A DNA stretch of 64,000 nucleotides from Gemmatales bacterium (GCA_041640595.1 JBEPZY010000001.1:1088001-1152000), one strand, 5' to 3'. Shown: positions 20,116 through 30,677, numbered from the stretch's first letter. Notes: generated by a model from the letters alone, not told the origin. A program made the numbers and translations.

Positions 20116-20307
20116 ATGCGAAACTTGCCCGGCCGGATCGGGAGTTGTTGCGGAAAAGAACTTCCTTTTCAGCTAGCCGGTCCCTGGTGAACGACCAGAG
20201 CGGGAGTTTTCCCGGAATAATCCTGCGTGTCCCGCATATTGTCCCCGGCGGCATACAATAGCTGGTGCCGTCTAAGACCACGGCACTGCGTCCGAGCAAG
20301 TTTTCAT
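20116..20307. ncRNA. Candidate structured RNA (or MITE-like element) between archease and rtcB
   Basis: Terminal stem 20121-20132/20292-20303 encloses at least five hairpins. Folded by eye; no family match recognised. Confidence 0.4.
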
Positions 20308-20372
20308 TACTTACTTGCACAGGGAAGGAGGAGTTGGCAACGGCAGCATAGTCGCACCAGGAGGAAGGACTC

Positions 20373-21833
20373 ATGACGCAAGCCTATCGAGGTCCACTGG
20401 AAAGAATTGACGAAACCCGCTGGCGGATTCCCAAGAGCTATAAACCCGGCATGCGGGTAGATGGAATCATCTTCGCGGATGACCGGCTGATTGAGCAAAT
20501 CCGCAATGACCAGGCACCGGAACAGGTGGCCAACGTCGCATTCTTGCCAGGTATCCAGGTGGCGAGCCTGGCCATGCCCGACATCCACTGGGGCTACGGC
20601 TTTTGTATTGGCGGCGTGTGTGCCACGGATCCCGACGAAGGAGGCGTAATTTCGCCTGGCGGTGTCGGATACGACATCAATTGCGGTGTGCGCCTGGTAC
20701 GCACCAATCTCACCGAAGACCAGGTCCGGCCGAAGCTGAAAGAACTCATCAATGCACTGTTTCGGGAAATACCAACCGGTGTGGGGCGGACCGGGAAATA
20801 TCACTTCGACAAAAAGGAGTTGCGGCATCTGCTGGCGGAAGGGCCGCGCTATTTGATCTCTCGCGGATTGTGCACGGAAGAGGACATCGAACACACGGAA
20901 GCGGAAGGTCGGCTAGCGGGTGCCAAGCCGGAAAACGTCAGCGATCGCGCTTTAGAACGCGGCGAGGAACAGTGCGGCACCCTCGGTTCGGGCAACCATT
21001 TTCTCGAAGTGCAGGTCGTGGATGCGATCTTCGACGAGGAAGCCGCTCGGGTGATGGGACTGTTTCCCAACCAGGTCTGCGTCATGATCCATTCGGGCTC
21101 GCGGGGTCTGGGTTACCAGGTCTGCGATGATGCCCTGCATGCTCTGCGGCACGCGCCGGAAAAATATGGCATCGAGCTACCCGACCGTCAGCTTCTCTGC
21201 GCCCCTGTGCACAGCCCTGAAGGTCAGCACTATATCGGCGCCATGCGAGCGGCAGCGAATTTTGCCTGGTGCAATCGTCAGTTGCTCACCTGGCAGGCGC
21301 GGGAAGTTTTTGAAAGCGTATTCGGCAAACCCTGGCAGGACCTGCAGATGGCCGTCGTATATGACGTCTGCCACAACATTGCCAAATTCGAGGAGCACGA
21401 AATCGAGGGCAAACGGAAATGGGTCTGGGTGCACCGCAAAGGTGCCACTCGTGCCTTTCCGCCAGGTCATCCTGAGATTCCGGCCAAATACCGCCACATT
21501 GGCCAACCGGTACTTATTCCCGGTGATATGGGACGGGCCAGCTGGGTACTGGTCGGTCAGCAGGACAGCATGCGGAAATCATTTGGCACAACCTGTCACG
21601 GCGCCGGTCGTGCTATGAGTCGCACAGCCGCAGTGCAGGAAGCCCGAGGACGCAGCATTGAAAAGGAACTGGAGCAACGCGGCGTCATCGCCCGTGCCCG
21701 AAGCTGGAAGGGTTTGGCTGAAGAACAACCGGCCGCTTACAAGGATGTTGACCTCGTCGTCGAAACCGTCCACAAAGCGGGGCTGTCGAAAAAGGTAGCC
21801 CGATTGCGACCCATTGGCGTGATCAAAGGGTAA
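20373..21833 (+). CDS. rtcB: RtcB RNA ligase (archease-associated type)
   Basis: MPDIHWGYGF, GVGYDINCG, GTLGSGNHF, IHSGSRG, VHRKGAT and CHGAGR motifs; no intein. Confidence 0.98.
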   Translation: MTQAYRGPLERIDETRWRIPKSYKPGMRVDGIIFADDRLIEQIRNDQAPEQVANVAFLPGIQVASLAMPDIHWGYGFCIGGVCATDPDEGGVISPGGVGYDINCGVRLVRTNLTEDQVRPKLKELINALFREIPTGVGRTGKYHFDKKELRHLLAEGPRYLISRGLCTEEDIEHTEAEGRLAGAKPENVSDRALERGEEQCGTLGSGNHFLEVQVVDAIFDEEAARVMGLFPNQVCVMIHSGSRGLGYQVCDDALHALRHAPEKYGIELPDRQLLCAPVHSPEGQHYIGAMRAAANFAWCNRQLLTWQAREVFESVFGKPWQDLQMAVVYDVCHNIAKFEEHEIEGKRKWVWVHRKGATRAFPPGHPEIPAKYRHIGQPVLIPGDMGRASWVLVGQQDSMRKSFGTTCHGAGRAMSRTAAVQEARGRSIEKELEQRGVIARARSWKGLAEEQPAAYKDVDLVVETVHKAGLSKKVARLRPIGVIKG

Positions 21834-21928
21834 GCGGCGGTCGGCACACACATAACGCTCCTTCGTGACCGACTGGCCATAGGAGCAGCCGTGCCGGAAC
21901 TGGAATGGCGCGTCGGAATGAAGCTGGT

Positions 21929-22381
21929 CTAGCGCTTCGAGAACTGGAAGCCCCGTCGGGCACCGCGCCGACCGTATTTCTTGCGTTCTTTGCGGCGAGC
22001 ATCGCGGGTGAGCAACCCAGCTTCGCGTAGTTTGCGCACGATCGGATGGACGGCCGGTGGTTCCGCACCAGCTTCGGTCGTCGGCGGTTCCTGAGCGCTG
22101 AACATCTCCTTCAGTGCTCGGGCTACGCCCTGGCAAATTGCGCCCGCCTGGCCAGCAAAACCGCCGCCGCGAACGTTGACGTAGATGTCCAGCTTACCCT
22201 GCATTTCAGCTACTTCCAGAGGCAGGGTGACCAGCTTGCGGTCGCGCAATTCGGTGAAATAACTTTCCAGCGGCCGACCGTTGATTTCGACTTTCCCATT
22301 ACCGGGGCACAACCGCACTCGCGCCACCGCGGTCTTGCGTCTCCCAGTTCCCCACCAGTAGCTGATTACCCCTGTGCTCAT
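21929..22381 (-). CDS. rpsI: 30S ribosomal protein S9
   Basis: GTGRRKTAVARV, GGGFAGQAGA and LLTRD...ERKK...QFSKR motifs. Confidence 0.98.
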   Translation of the reverse strand: MSTGVISYWWGTGRRKTAVARVRLCPGNGKVEINGRPLESYFTELRDRKLVTLPLEVAEMQGKLDIYVNVRGGGFAGQAGAICQGVARALKEMFSAQEPPTTEAGAEPPAVHPIVRKLREAGLLTRDARRKERKKYGRRGARRGFQFSKR

Positions 22382-22441
22382 AGCCAGTCCCGTGCTTTAT
22401 TCGTCGGTTAGCTTCAATTAGAACCCAGAAGGAAAGTGCCT

Positions 22442-22930
22442 TCACACTCCTGTTGAGGCTGCTAATCGAATTGGCGGCGCCCAGGTATTTTCCGTGACGG
22501 TCAGCAGGATCGGCTGCTGGGCCTGATGCGGATGTTCCGGCCCGGCGTACAGCTTCAGTTTCAGCAGTTGCCGGCGTGCTAGCTTGTTTTTCGGCAGCAT
22601 CCGGCGAACCGCCTCCCGCAAAATTTTCGTTGGATTACGCAGTAGCATGTCTCGGGCACTGCGGAGCTTTCGCCCACCTGGATAACCACTGAACCATTCG
22701 TAATACTTCTGCTCCCACTTCTTCCCCGTGAAGCGCACTTTGTCGGCATTGACGACGATGACATAATCGCCGACGTCAATGTGTGGCGTGTATTCCGGTT
22801 TATGCTTGCCCATGAGGATGCGGGCGATGACGACAGCCAGCCTGCCTACGACCTGATTGGTCGCATCTATCAAATACCAGCGTTTTTCGACATCGCCTGG
22901 CTTGGCTTGATAGCTTCTCATGCGGAGCAT
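22442..22930 (-). CDS. rplM: 50S ribosomal protein L13
   Basis: WYLIDA, GKHKPEYTPHIDVGD, AVRRMLPK and HPHQAQQP motifs; start 22930 or 22921. Confidence 0.98.
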   Translation of the reverse strand: MLRMRSYQAKPGDVEKRWYLIDATNQVVGRLAVVIARILMGKHKPEYTPHIDVGDYVIVVNADKVRFTGKKWEQKYYEWFSGYPGGRKLRSARDMLLRNPTKILREAVRRMLPKNKLARRQLLKLKLYAGPEHPHQAQQPILLTVTENTWAPPIRLAASTGV

Positions 22931-23014
22931 GCTCCTGTGCCTCCCGCGCTGCAAAGAAACCGACTTCTTCCCTGCACGCAGGAAATCAGCATTGTAGATT
23001 GTCTAATCATCGCG

Positions 23015-23317
23015 TCAAGAGTTTGCGGGCACGGTTGCCGCTTGCGGTGCGACATCACTCCCAGCCGACTCTTGAATCGGCACCACACGAACGCGGCGTC
23101 CGTTTTGTTCAAACCGTACGATTCCATCCACGAGAGCAAACAGGGTATCGTCGCGTCCCCGGCCAACGTACAAACCGGGCACGAACTTGCTGCCGCGCTG
23201 CCGCACTATAATTCCGCCGGCACGCACGAATTGGCCGCCGAACACTTTGACACCGAGCCGTTTGCTGTGTGAATCTCGCCCGTTTCGCGTTGAACCCTGC
23301 CCTTTCTTGTGTGCCAT
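23015..23317 (-). CDS. rpmA: 50S ribosomal protein L27
   Basis: [23 protein letters not shown] and DDTLFAL motifs; GGAGG SD. Confidence 0.98.
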   Translation of the reverse strand: MAHKKGQGSTRNGRDSHSKRLGVKVFGGQFVRAGGIIVRQRGSKFVPGLYVGRGRDDTLFALVDGIVRFEQNGRRVRVVPIQESAGSDVAPQAATVPANS

Positions 23318-23577
23318 ATCTGCAATTCCTCCTTCGTTCCCACCTTCAGATGGCGAGCAGCCTATTATACGCTGAGTGCTACCGCTGGCCACCGTCCAAT
23401 GAAAGCACTCGCCGCCAGGCCATTGCGGATGGGTGTAATCCCAAATTTCACTCCTCACCGGACATCATTCTTTTGAGAAAAGCCCGTGGCCAGCCCGACG
23501 CAACCTTCCCCAATCAAGCCAGACGATTACCCCCGCGCCATGGTGCGCCCGACCGGCTTCCGATTGCTCGCAAGTGG

Positions 23578-24732
23578 CTACGCTGCAACAGGTACAAATT
23601 TCAAACAAACCGGGGTCGGTACGTTTTCCTCGACAGCTGTCCGTTTTAGCTCGCCGGTTTTCGGGTTCAGCTCGAAGATGACGATGTTGTCGCCGTGTTC
23701 GCTCGCCACCAGCACAAACCGTCCGGACGGATCGATGTTGAAGTTTCTCGGCCAGCGGATGCCGTCACGGAATTGGCCGACCGCCGTCAGTTTCCCCGTC
23801 TGGGTGTCGATCCGGAATACACTGATGCTGTCGTGACCACGATTCGAGCCGAACAGCCATTCTCCGCTCGGATGCACGAGCACTTCGGCGGTATAGCTTG
23901 TGCCTTGGAAGTCTTTGGGCAGAGTGCTCACCGTCTCGATTTCCTGAAGCGTACCTTGACTGCCATCCCAGCGGAACGCCGTTACGGTATTGGCCAGTTC
24001 GTTGATCACGTATGCAAATTTTCCCGACGGGTGGAAAGCGAAATGCCGCGGACCAGCTCCGGGGGCAACACTGGCAAACGGCGGGTCGTTCGCTTTCAGT
24101 TCGCCCCGTTCGGCGTCGTAGCGATAGACATAGACGCGATCCAGGCCGAGATCGGCTACGATGGCAAATCGTCCCGACGCATCCAGGTTCACCGAATGAG
24201 GATGCGGCGCTTCCTGGCGTTTGGGATTAACGCTTTTGCCCTGATGCTGGATGACACAAGTCGGCTCAGCCAGACGACCATCAGCAGCAATGGGAAGCAC
24301 GGCTACCGTGCCGCCGCTGTAATTGGCTACCAGCACGTGCCGACCAGCTGTGTCCACCACAAGATGACAAGGTCCGGCACCCGCGGAGGGCTGTTCATTG
24401 AGAAACTGAAGCTTTCCTGTTGCCGTATCCATAGCAAACGCACGCACTCCACCGGTGCGTTTCCCGCCCAGGCTACCCACCTCGCCGACGGCATACAGAA
24501 AGCGTCGGCTCGGGTGAACTGCCAGAAACGAGGGATTCACGCTTTCCGCAGCCAGTCCATGCCCGCGCAGCTTTCCGTCCGTGTGCCACTCGTACAAGTA
24601 GATGCCCTTGCTTTTTTTGCTTGTGTACGTGCCGACGTAGAGCCAGTAGCGCTGCGTCTGAGCAGCCCTCAGCGACAGGTCAACACTCAGGGCCGCGCTG
24701 GCGAGCAAAAATTCCCGCCTGTTCAGATGCAT
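23578..24732 (-). CDS. Tat-exported beta-propeller lactonase (6-phosphogluconolactonase family)
   Basis: NRREFLL Tat motif; YVGTYT, NPSFLA, VANY, GPRH, SNRGHDSI and PRNF motifs. Confidence 0.93.
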   Translation of the reverse strand: MHLNRREFLLASAALSVDLSLRAAQTQRYWLYVGTYTSKKSKGIYLYEWHTDGKLRGHGLAAESVNPSFLAVHPSRRFLYAVGEVGSLGGKRTGGVRAFAMDTATGKLQFLNEQPSAGAGPCHLVVDTAGRHVLVANYSGGTVAVLPIAADGRLAEPTCVIQHQGKSVNPKRQEAPHPHSVNLDASGRFAIVADLGLDRVYVYRYDAERGELKANDPPFASVAPGAGPRHFAFHPSGKFAYVINELANTVTAFRWDGSQGTLQEIETVSTLPKDFQGTSYTAEVLVHPSGEWLFGSNRGHDSISVFRIDTQTGKLTAVGQFRDGIRWPRNFNIDPSGRFVLVASEHGDNIVIFELNPKTGELKRTAVEENVPTPVCLKFVPVAA

Positions 24733-24754
24733 GGTTGTTCCTCCCCGTTTGAGT

Positions 24755-27700
24755 TTAGCCACAACCGGTAGTCGCACCGCAGGTATCACATTTCAGGCAA
24801 GCCCCACTGCGTACCAGAGTAAGCTGGCCACATTCCGGGCAAGGATCGCCTTCGTATCCTTTGAGTCGTGCCAGACGAATCTCCTCCGCCAAAGCGCTGC
24901 GGGCGAGCAGAGCCGGTCCCGATTGCTGAGGTTTGCTTCCGTTGGCCGTTTCCGCAGCGTTGCCGTTACTCGGTCGGACTGGTCTGGGGTGGAGGTGAGG
25001 CGTTTTCGGTTTGCGAAACGCGGGCGAGTTCCGCAACGACTCCTCCTCTTTCCATTCCCCAGGGTCGTACACGCGCTCAGCGACCACTTCTTCACCTTCA
25101 TATTCCGGCTCGACCGCATTGCGATGCATAGCGTCCGCCCGCAGGTCTTCTTCGTCCACCTGGGCCAGATCATAGCGACCCAGATAGGTAATCGCCAGTT
25201 CGCGGAAAATATAGTCAATGATCGAGGTCGTCATCTTGATATGCGGATTGCCCTGCACCGGACCGTTGGGTTCAAATCTAGTGAACAAAAATGCATCTAC
25301 AAATTCTTCCAGCGGAACCCCATGCTGCAAACCCAGTGACACGGCAATGGCGAAACAGTTAAGAATGCTCCGGAATGCCGCTCCTTCTTTGTGCATGTCG
25401 AGGAAGATTTCCCCCAGCGTGCCATCCTCGTATTCCCCGGTGCGAAGGTAAATCTTATGCGGACCAATCCGCGCTTTCTGCGTATAACCAGCGCGGCGAT
25501 CAGGTAAGCGGCGACGCTTGGCAATATAGCGGTGGATAATGCGCTCCGCGATGCGCACCGGTTCGGCCTGTGGTTCCTCGGCAATCGCTAACAAATCCGA
25601 TGCCTCACCCACCGAGCTTAGAGGCTGACTAAGTTTCGAACCATCTCGATAGATGGCGATCGCCTTCAGCATCAGTCGCCAGCTTAGCAGATAGGCATTC
25701 TTGACATCTTCGATGGTGGCATCGTGAGGCATGTTAATAGTTTTCGAGATAGCGCCACTAATAAACGGTTGTGCAGCAGCCATCATGCGAATATGGGCCT
25801 CAGTGCTGAGGAATCGCTTTCCCTTCTTACCGCAACGATTAGCACAATCAAAAACCGGCAAATGTTCGGGCTTCAGATGGGGAGCCCCTTCCAGGGTCAT
25901 GGTGCCGCAGACATATTCGTTAGCCGCCTCGATCTGCTCGCGGGTAAAACCGAGAGCGGCCAGCACATCGAAGTCAGGCGCCTGTATCTGCGCATCCGTG
26001 AAACCGAGCTGCCGCAAGAAGTCATCCCCTAAAGTCCAGCGGGTGAACGCAAACCGCAAGTCGAATACCGTCGGCAAAAGTTCCTCTATTCGAGATAGAA
26101 CGGCATCCGTAAAACCGCGCGTTCGCAGGGTTTCCGGATTTATATAGGGGCAACCGTGTAAGGTACCGTGTCCGCGGCAGTATAGTTCTATATCACGGAT
26201 CTGCTCACTGCTATAACCTAACTTAGCCAGAGCCAGCGGTACCGAACTGTTGATAATTTTGAAGTAACCGCCACCGGCAAGCTTCTTAAACTTCACCAGA
26301 GCGAAGTCCGGTTCAATGCCAGTGGTGTCGCAATCCATGGCCAGACCGATAGTGCCGGTGGGAGCAATGCAAGTAACCTGAGCGTTGCGATAGCCATACT
26401 TCTCACCGAGTTCCAGCATCCGGTCGGCTTCCCGCCGCGCTGCCTCTAACAAAAAGCGAGGACATTGTTCAGGATCGATTCCCATCGGTTTAATACTTAG
26501 ACCTTCGTACTCGCCAGGCGGTGCGTTATAAGCAGCACGGCGATGGTTACGGATAACCCGCAACATAGCTTCGCGGTTAGCATGAAAGCGAGGGAATGGC
26601 CCTAATTCGCGGGCCAGTTCTGCGGAAGTGCTATAAGCCGTAGCATGCATCAAACAGGTAATCGCACCGCAAATGGCCCTGGCACGCGGCGAGTCATAGG
26701 GCACGCCTTCGACCATTAGCAAGGTACCTAAATTCGCGTAGCCGAGACCTAAAGTGCGATAATCATACGATCGCCGGGCAATCGCTTTGCTGGGGAACTG
26801 GGCCATATAAACCGAAATCTCCAGCACAATCGTCCAGAGCCGGCACGCGTGCTGGAAAGCTTCGACGTCGAAAAACTCCTCGCTGGATAAATTCGATTCT
26901 GGCCGGCGACTGCGATGGAATAGCAGCAAATTCAGGGAAGCTAAATTGCAGGCGGTATCGTCGAGAAACATATATTCGCTGCAGGGATTGGAGGCATTGA
27001 TGCGACCATCGTTCGGACAGGTGTGCCATTCATTGATGGTTGTGTCAAACTGCAGACCGGGATCGGCGCAAGCCCAGGCAGCCGCCGCTATTTGATCCCA
27101 CAAATCGCGGGCACGAATAGTTCGACACGGTCGTGGAGGCCGATTTTCCCGCCGTGCCTGCTCCAGTTCGGTTCGCCAGTAAAGATGCCAGGGACCATCG
27201 GACAGTACCGCTTCCATAAAGGCATTGGTCAGGCGAACCGAATTGTTGCTGTTCTGCCCGGAAACCGTAGCGTAGGCTTCGGAATTCCAGTCGGTATCGT
27301 ACTCGGCAAACTGAATGGCTGTGGCACCTTGCTTAGCCAGCTGGATAGCCCGTTCGATATAGTTGATGGGCACCTGAGCGCGGCGGGCCTCGGCAACAGC
27401 CCGGCGCAACGCTTCGTTTTTGCGCGGATCGAACCGATCTGCTTCGGTGGTCAGCGTTCCGTTGCCGTTAGACGGTTCCGGATGATGACAGGCGCGGATG
27501 ATCGCGTTGAGGTAATGATTGCAAATCTTCGAACCGGTTACCAGTGCCGCTACTTTCTGTTCCTCGTGCACCTTCCAGTTGACAAACTCCTCAATATCGG
27601 GATGGTCGGCGTCGAGGATAACCATTTTGGCAGCGCGACGAGTGGTGCCACCGGATTTGATAGCGCCAGCAGCACGGTCGCCAATCTTGAGAAAACTCAT

Positions 27701-28438
27701 CAAGCCACTGGATTTTCCGCCCCCCGACAACGGTTCACCTTCGGCACGCAGAGCGGAAAAATTCGTCCCCGTGCCCGAACCATATTTGAAGATGCGTGCC
27801 TCACGCACCCACAAATCCATGATACCGCCCGGATTGACAAGGTCATCCGCAATGCTCTGGATAAAGCAGGCATGAGGAGCTGGTCGTTCGTAAGCTGATT
27901 TCGAAGCGACGGTCTCGCCAGTTTCCGGATCAACGTAATAATGCCCCTGCGGCGGCCCAGCGATACCGTAGGCCCAGTACAGGCCAGTATTGAACCATTG
28001 CGGACTGTTAGGGGCGGCAATCTGCCAAGCCAACATGTAGAGGATTTCGTCATAAAAAGCGCGGGCGTCTTCTTCAGAATCGAACACCCCTTCTTTCCAT
28101 CCCCAGTAAGTCCAGCAACCGGCCAGGCGATGAAACACCTGTCGGGCATCGCGTTCACTGCCAAAAGAACAACCTTCTGCCGGCACCGAACGCCACAGCC
28201 ACTCAGGAACGTTGGCCTCGGGCACGCGAACCGTTGCCGAAGGCACGCCCGCTTTGCGAAAGTACTTCTGCGCCAGAATATCCACGGCCACCTGCGACCA
28301 GTGTTCCGGCGCAATCAAGTCGCGCATCTCGAAGACCACGGAGCCATCGGGATTCGTGATTCGGCTGGTGCGATTCACAAACGAGACGGAGCCTAATGGG
28401 TCTTGATTTTCCCGGGTGAAGCGGCGTGGGATACGCAT
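24755..28438 (-). CDS. nrdJ: Adenosylcobalamin-dependent (class II) ribonucleotide reductase
   Basis: [32 protein letters not shown] and YRDGSK motifs; C-terminal CPEC...CDTC...GC. Confidence 0.97.
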   Translation of the reverse strand: MRIPRRFTRENQDPLGSVSFVNRTSRITNPDGSVVFEMRDLIAPEHWSQVAVDILAQKYFRKAGVPSATVRVPEANVPEWLWRSVPAEGCSFGSERDARQVFHRLAGCWTYWGWKEGVFDSEEDARAFYDEILYMLAWQIAAPNSPQWFNTGLYWAYGIAGPPQGHYYVDPETGETVASKSAYERPAPHACFIQSIADDLVNPGGIMDLWVREARIFKYGSGTGTNFSALRAEGEPLSGGGKSSGLMSFLKIGDRAAGAIKSGGTTRRAAKMVILDADHPDIEEFVNWKVHEEQKVAALVTGSKICNHYLNAIIRACHHPEPSNGNGTLTTEADRFDPRKNEALRRAVAEARRAQVPINYIERAIQLAKQGATAIQFAEYDTDWNSEAYATVSGQNSNNSVRLTNAFMEAVLSDGPWHLYWRTELEQARRENRPPRPCRTIRARDLWDQIAAAAWACADPGLQFDTTINEWHTCPNDGRINASNPCSEYMFLDDTACNLASLNLLLFHRSRRPESNLSSEEFFDVEAFQHACRLWTIVLEISVYMAQFPSKAIARRSYDYRTLGLGYANLGTLLMVEGVPYDSPRARAICGAITCLMHATAYSTSAELARELGPFPRFHANREAMLRVIRNHRRAAYNAPPGEYEGLSIKPMGIDPEQCPRFLLEAARREADRMLELGEKYGYRNAQVTCIAPTGTIGLAMDCDTTGIEPDFALVKFKKLAGGGYFKIINSSVPLALAKLGYSSEQIRDIELYCRGHGTLHGCPYINPETLRTRGFTDAVLSRIEELLPTVFDLRFAFTRWTLGDDFLRQLGFTDAQIQAPDFDVLAALGFTREQIEAANEYVCGTMTLEGAPHLKPEHLPVFDCANRCGKKGKRFLSTEAHIRMMAAAQPFISGAISKTINMPHDATIEDVKNAYLLSWRLMLKAIAIYRDGSKLSQPLSSVGEASDLLAIAEEPQAEPVRIAERIIHRYIAKRRRLPDRRAGYTQKARIGPHKIYLRTGEYEDGTLGEIFLDMHKEGAAFRSILNCFAIAVSLGLQHGVPLEEFVDAFLFTRFEPNGPVQGNPHIKMTTSIIDYIFRELAITYLGRYDLAQVDEEDLRADAMHRNAVEPEYEGEEVVAERVYDPGEWKEEESLRNSPAFRKPKTPHLHPRPVRPSNGNAAETANGSKPQQSGPALLARSALAEEIRLARLKGYEGDPCPECGQLTLVRSGACLKCDTCGATTGCG

Positions 28439-28499
28439 ATCCGACCTCCTGGCGGATGGTTGTCAATCCGAGCGTAAAGCTGGCGCAACAAAACTCCGA

Positions 28500-29117
28500 T
28501 CAGCGTGCGAGCACTCCGCAATTAGTGGAATTATGTTCACTGGCCGCATCGGGCCGAGAACCGGATGTGTTCCCCAATACGAACGGTAAAGTCAGGCCTT
28601 TCTGATCCTGATACTTGCCGCGTTTATCGGCGTAACTGACGCGGCAGACCTGTTCGGCACGCAGGAAGATAATCTGAGCGATGCCTTCGTTGGCGTAAAT
28701 TTTCGCCGGCAGGGGCGTGGTGTTACTGATTTCCAGGGTGATTTTGCCCCGCCATTCCGGTTCCAGCGGCGTAATGTTGACGATGATCCCGCAGCGGGCA
28801 TAAGTGGATTTGCCGACGCAGATCGCCAAAACGTCGCGGGGAATTTCAAAATATTCCAGCGATTCCGCCAGAGCAAAACTGTTGGGCGGAATCAGACAGT
28901 AATCTCCTTCAATGTCCACGAAAGCGGTCGGCGAAAAGTTTTTCGGATCCACCACGGCACCGTAAACGTTGGTAAAGACTTTGAAATGCCGACCCACACG
29001 CACGTCGTAGCCGTAGCTGCTCAGCCCGTAGGAAATCACCCCGGTTCGGGGACTGCCATCGGCAAAGGGTCGAATGACGATCTCCTGCTGAATCTGATGG
29101 TCGCTTAAGATGCTCAC
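28500..29117 (-). CDS. dcd: dCTP deaminase
   Basis: [29 protein letters not shown] and YANEGIAQ motifs; SD spacing favours GTG 29117. Confidence 0.97.
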   Translation of the reverse strand: MSILSDHQIQQEIVIRPFADGSPRTGVISYGLSSYGYDVRVGRHFKVFTNVYGAVVDPKNFSPTAFVDIEGDYCLIPPNSFALAESLEYFEIPRDVLAICVGKSTYARCGIIVNITPLEPEWRGKITLEISNTTPLPAKIYANEGIAQIIFLRAEQVCRVSYADKRGKYQDQKGLTLPFVLGNTSGSRPDAASEHNSTNCGVLAR

Positions 29118-29241
29118 CGCCATCCTCCTGGCTATGTCTTTAGTGGACGTTCGTACACTATTATCGGTATCCAGGGGCAACCGAGTCAAGACTAGTTGGC
29201 AGGCCGGTTATGCCTGTCTGGGTACCTCACCCGCGCCTTTC

Positions 29242-29295
29242 GCACTAGATGTAGTAGCCAAAGCCGCTTTTTAGCCCAAGATATAGGATTGTCAA
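29242..29295 (-). promoter_or_regulatory. Tandem NrdR boxes overlapping a sigma-70 promoter of dcd-nrdJ
   Basis: GCACTAGATGTAGTAG (29242-29257) and GCCCAAGATATAGGAT (29274-29289) fit acaCwAtATaTwGtgt with 32-bp offset; minus-strand TTGACA at 29295-29290, then N16-TAAAAA. Confidence 0.88.
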
Positions 29296-30104
29296 GCCCC
29301 CAACCGTCTTGGACAGTCCCTCGGAGACAGGACTCCTCATCCGATGAACCGAAGCGGAAAGGATTTGTGTAAACGTGATGAAAAAGCGGCTCGATAGGCG
29401 TTCTCGCAGCGCAATTTTGCAGCTGGTACCGCAGCTGTTTCCGCCTTGCCAGCTGTGCATTTTGGCGATGCCCAAGTGAACCATGCTCCCCTGCGAGGTA
29501 AGCACTCCAAACAGCAAAATCGTGAGTTGGTCATTTTCCGCTTCCCAGCCTCTGTCCTGCCCGTCCGACCGGCGAAACAAATTGGGTCGCACTGTCCCGT
29601 TACGCAAGCTGGGATGACGAAGAAACGCCGAGGTAATTTTCGCCAAACAAGACGGCAAGCAACGCGCCGATAACTCAGTCCACAGGTTATTGGCAGCCGA
29701 CCGGCTCGCGTCTTGCAGCAATCGTTCACCGCTGATGGATAAGACGTCACCCGTGGAGTGAAGGGAGTTGCGTCGGCCTGACTGCTGGCTACAAGCACGT
29801 TCCGGGACAGGCTTATTGCTGTGATTTGCCGACTCGGTGTCGCTTTATCGTCCTGTTTGTCGTCTGATTTAGGTCCCGCTAATTGCTGCAAATCGCTGGC
29901 CGATGAAGGGCACCGAGAAGTAAATAATTCCGCGCGTACGGTTACTGTTTGAATTCGCTGGCTCGCCTGTCCGGCGATTCTGACTGGTGCCACAAATACA
30001 TTTCGCGGACTGTTTATTGAGCCTGATATTGCGCCCGCTGCCGTGTGCTTCCCACGACGCCGAACCGCTCATGACATCCGCACAACGTTCGTTAGTAACC
30101 GTCA

Positions 30105-30620
30105 TCACTCCGGCCGATGCAAAGGTCGCAGGCCAAACTGTCGGCGGATGCAATTCGCCTGTTCCCACACCTTATCCTGACCGGCAAGAAAGCGTACTAA
30201 CTGGCCGGTGGACACGCCGAGCAGTGCCGCGGTCCTGGCCAGTTCGCCGTGCTGAGCGACCAGGGCATCCAGCACCAGACCCACTGTTGGCCAATAGCGT
30301 GTGTCTCGCTGACCGAGTTTGAGCTGATGTTCAGCCACTGCTTGCCAGAGGGCGACGGAGGCGGGATCGGTGGGCGGAAACGGTTCGCGTAAAAGCAAAA
30401 ACAACCGCTGGCGGAGCCGTTTCAGTGCCCGCTGCTTGTTTTCGTGTTGGGAGCGGCTTTCTTCGGCAATGACCTGTAACCCGCTGGGCAGATGGCGCAG
30501 ACGCACAGCCGAATCAGTCTTGTTGCGTTTCTGTCCGCCCGGACCGCTGGCCCGGTACGTGTCCACAGCACACTGCCGCAGGAGTTGCTCATCGGTTAAG
30601 CAAGTGAACTGCTGGCGCAT
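30105..30620 (-). CDS. Peptide chain release factor-like protein (GGQ domain)
   Basis: [25 protein letters not shown] and SRSQHENK; lacks codon-recognition domains. Confidence 0.9.
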   Translation of the reverse strand: MRQQFTCLTDEQLLRQCAVDTYRASGPGGQKRNKTDSAVRLRHLPSGLQVIAEESRSQHENKQRALKRLRQRLFLLLREPFPPTDPASVALWQAVAEHQLKLGQRDTRYWPTVGLVLDALVAQHGELARTAALLGVSTGQLVRFLAGQDKVWEQANCIRRQFGLRPLHRPE

Positions 30621-30649
30621 GGTTCGAAAAAAAATTTTTGGGCGGCAGC

Positions 30650-30677
30650 TTGACCCTGACCTGAGAAATTTTACAAT
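30650..30677 (+). promoter_or_regulatory. Putative sigma-70 promoter of the Mo-hydroxylase operon
   Basis: TTGACC-N16-TACAAT about 50 bp upstream of the first ATG. Confidence 0.5.

Noticed and set aside
20116..20307. Hammerhead ribozyme, SRP RNA, tRNA or 6S RNA identity for the structured spacer; also the 87-aa minus-strand ORF 20111-20374
   Set aside because: No CUGANGA core, SRP loop or T-arm motif; the fold is multibranched rather than rod-like; the ORF has no recognisable features.
22049..22082. Hairpin inside the S9 insertion as a palindromic mobile repeat
   Set aside because: It relies on G-U pairs on the non-coding strand, is plausible by chance at this GC content, and no second copy was seen.
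20373..28438. Inteins or introns in rtcB or nrdJ
   Set aside because: Both ORFs are continuous, of ordinary length and lack splicing or homing-endonuclease motifs.
29300..30100. Cobalamin riboswitch upstream of dcd-nrdJ
   Set aside because: No B12-box recognised, and the promoter with NrdR boxes lies between this region and the genes.
20373..30620. Canonical RtcB2-PrfH operon
   Set aside because: The genes are about 8 kb apart on opposite strands; this RtcB is archease-linked and the GGQ protein lacks the PrfH N-terminal region.
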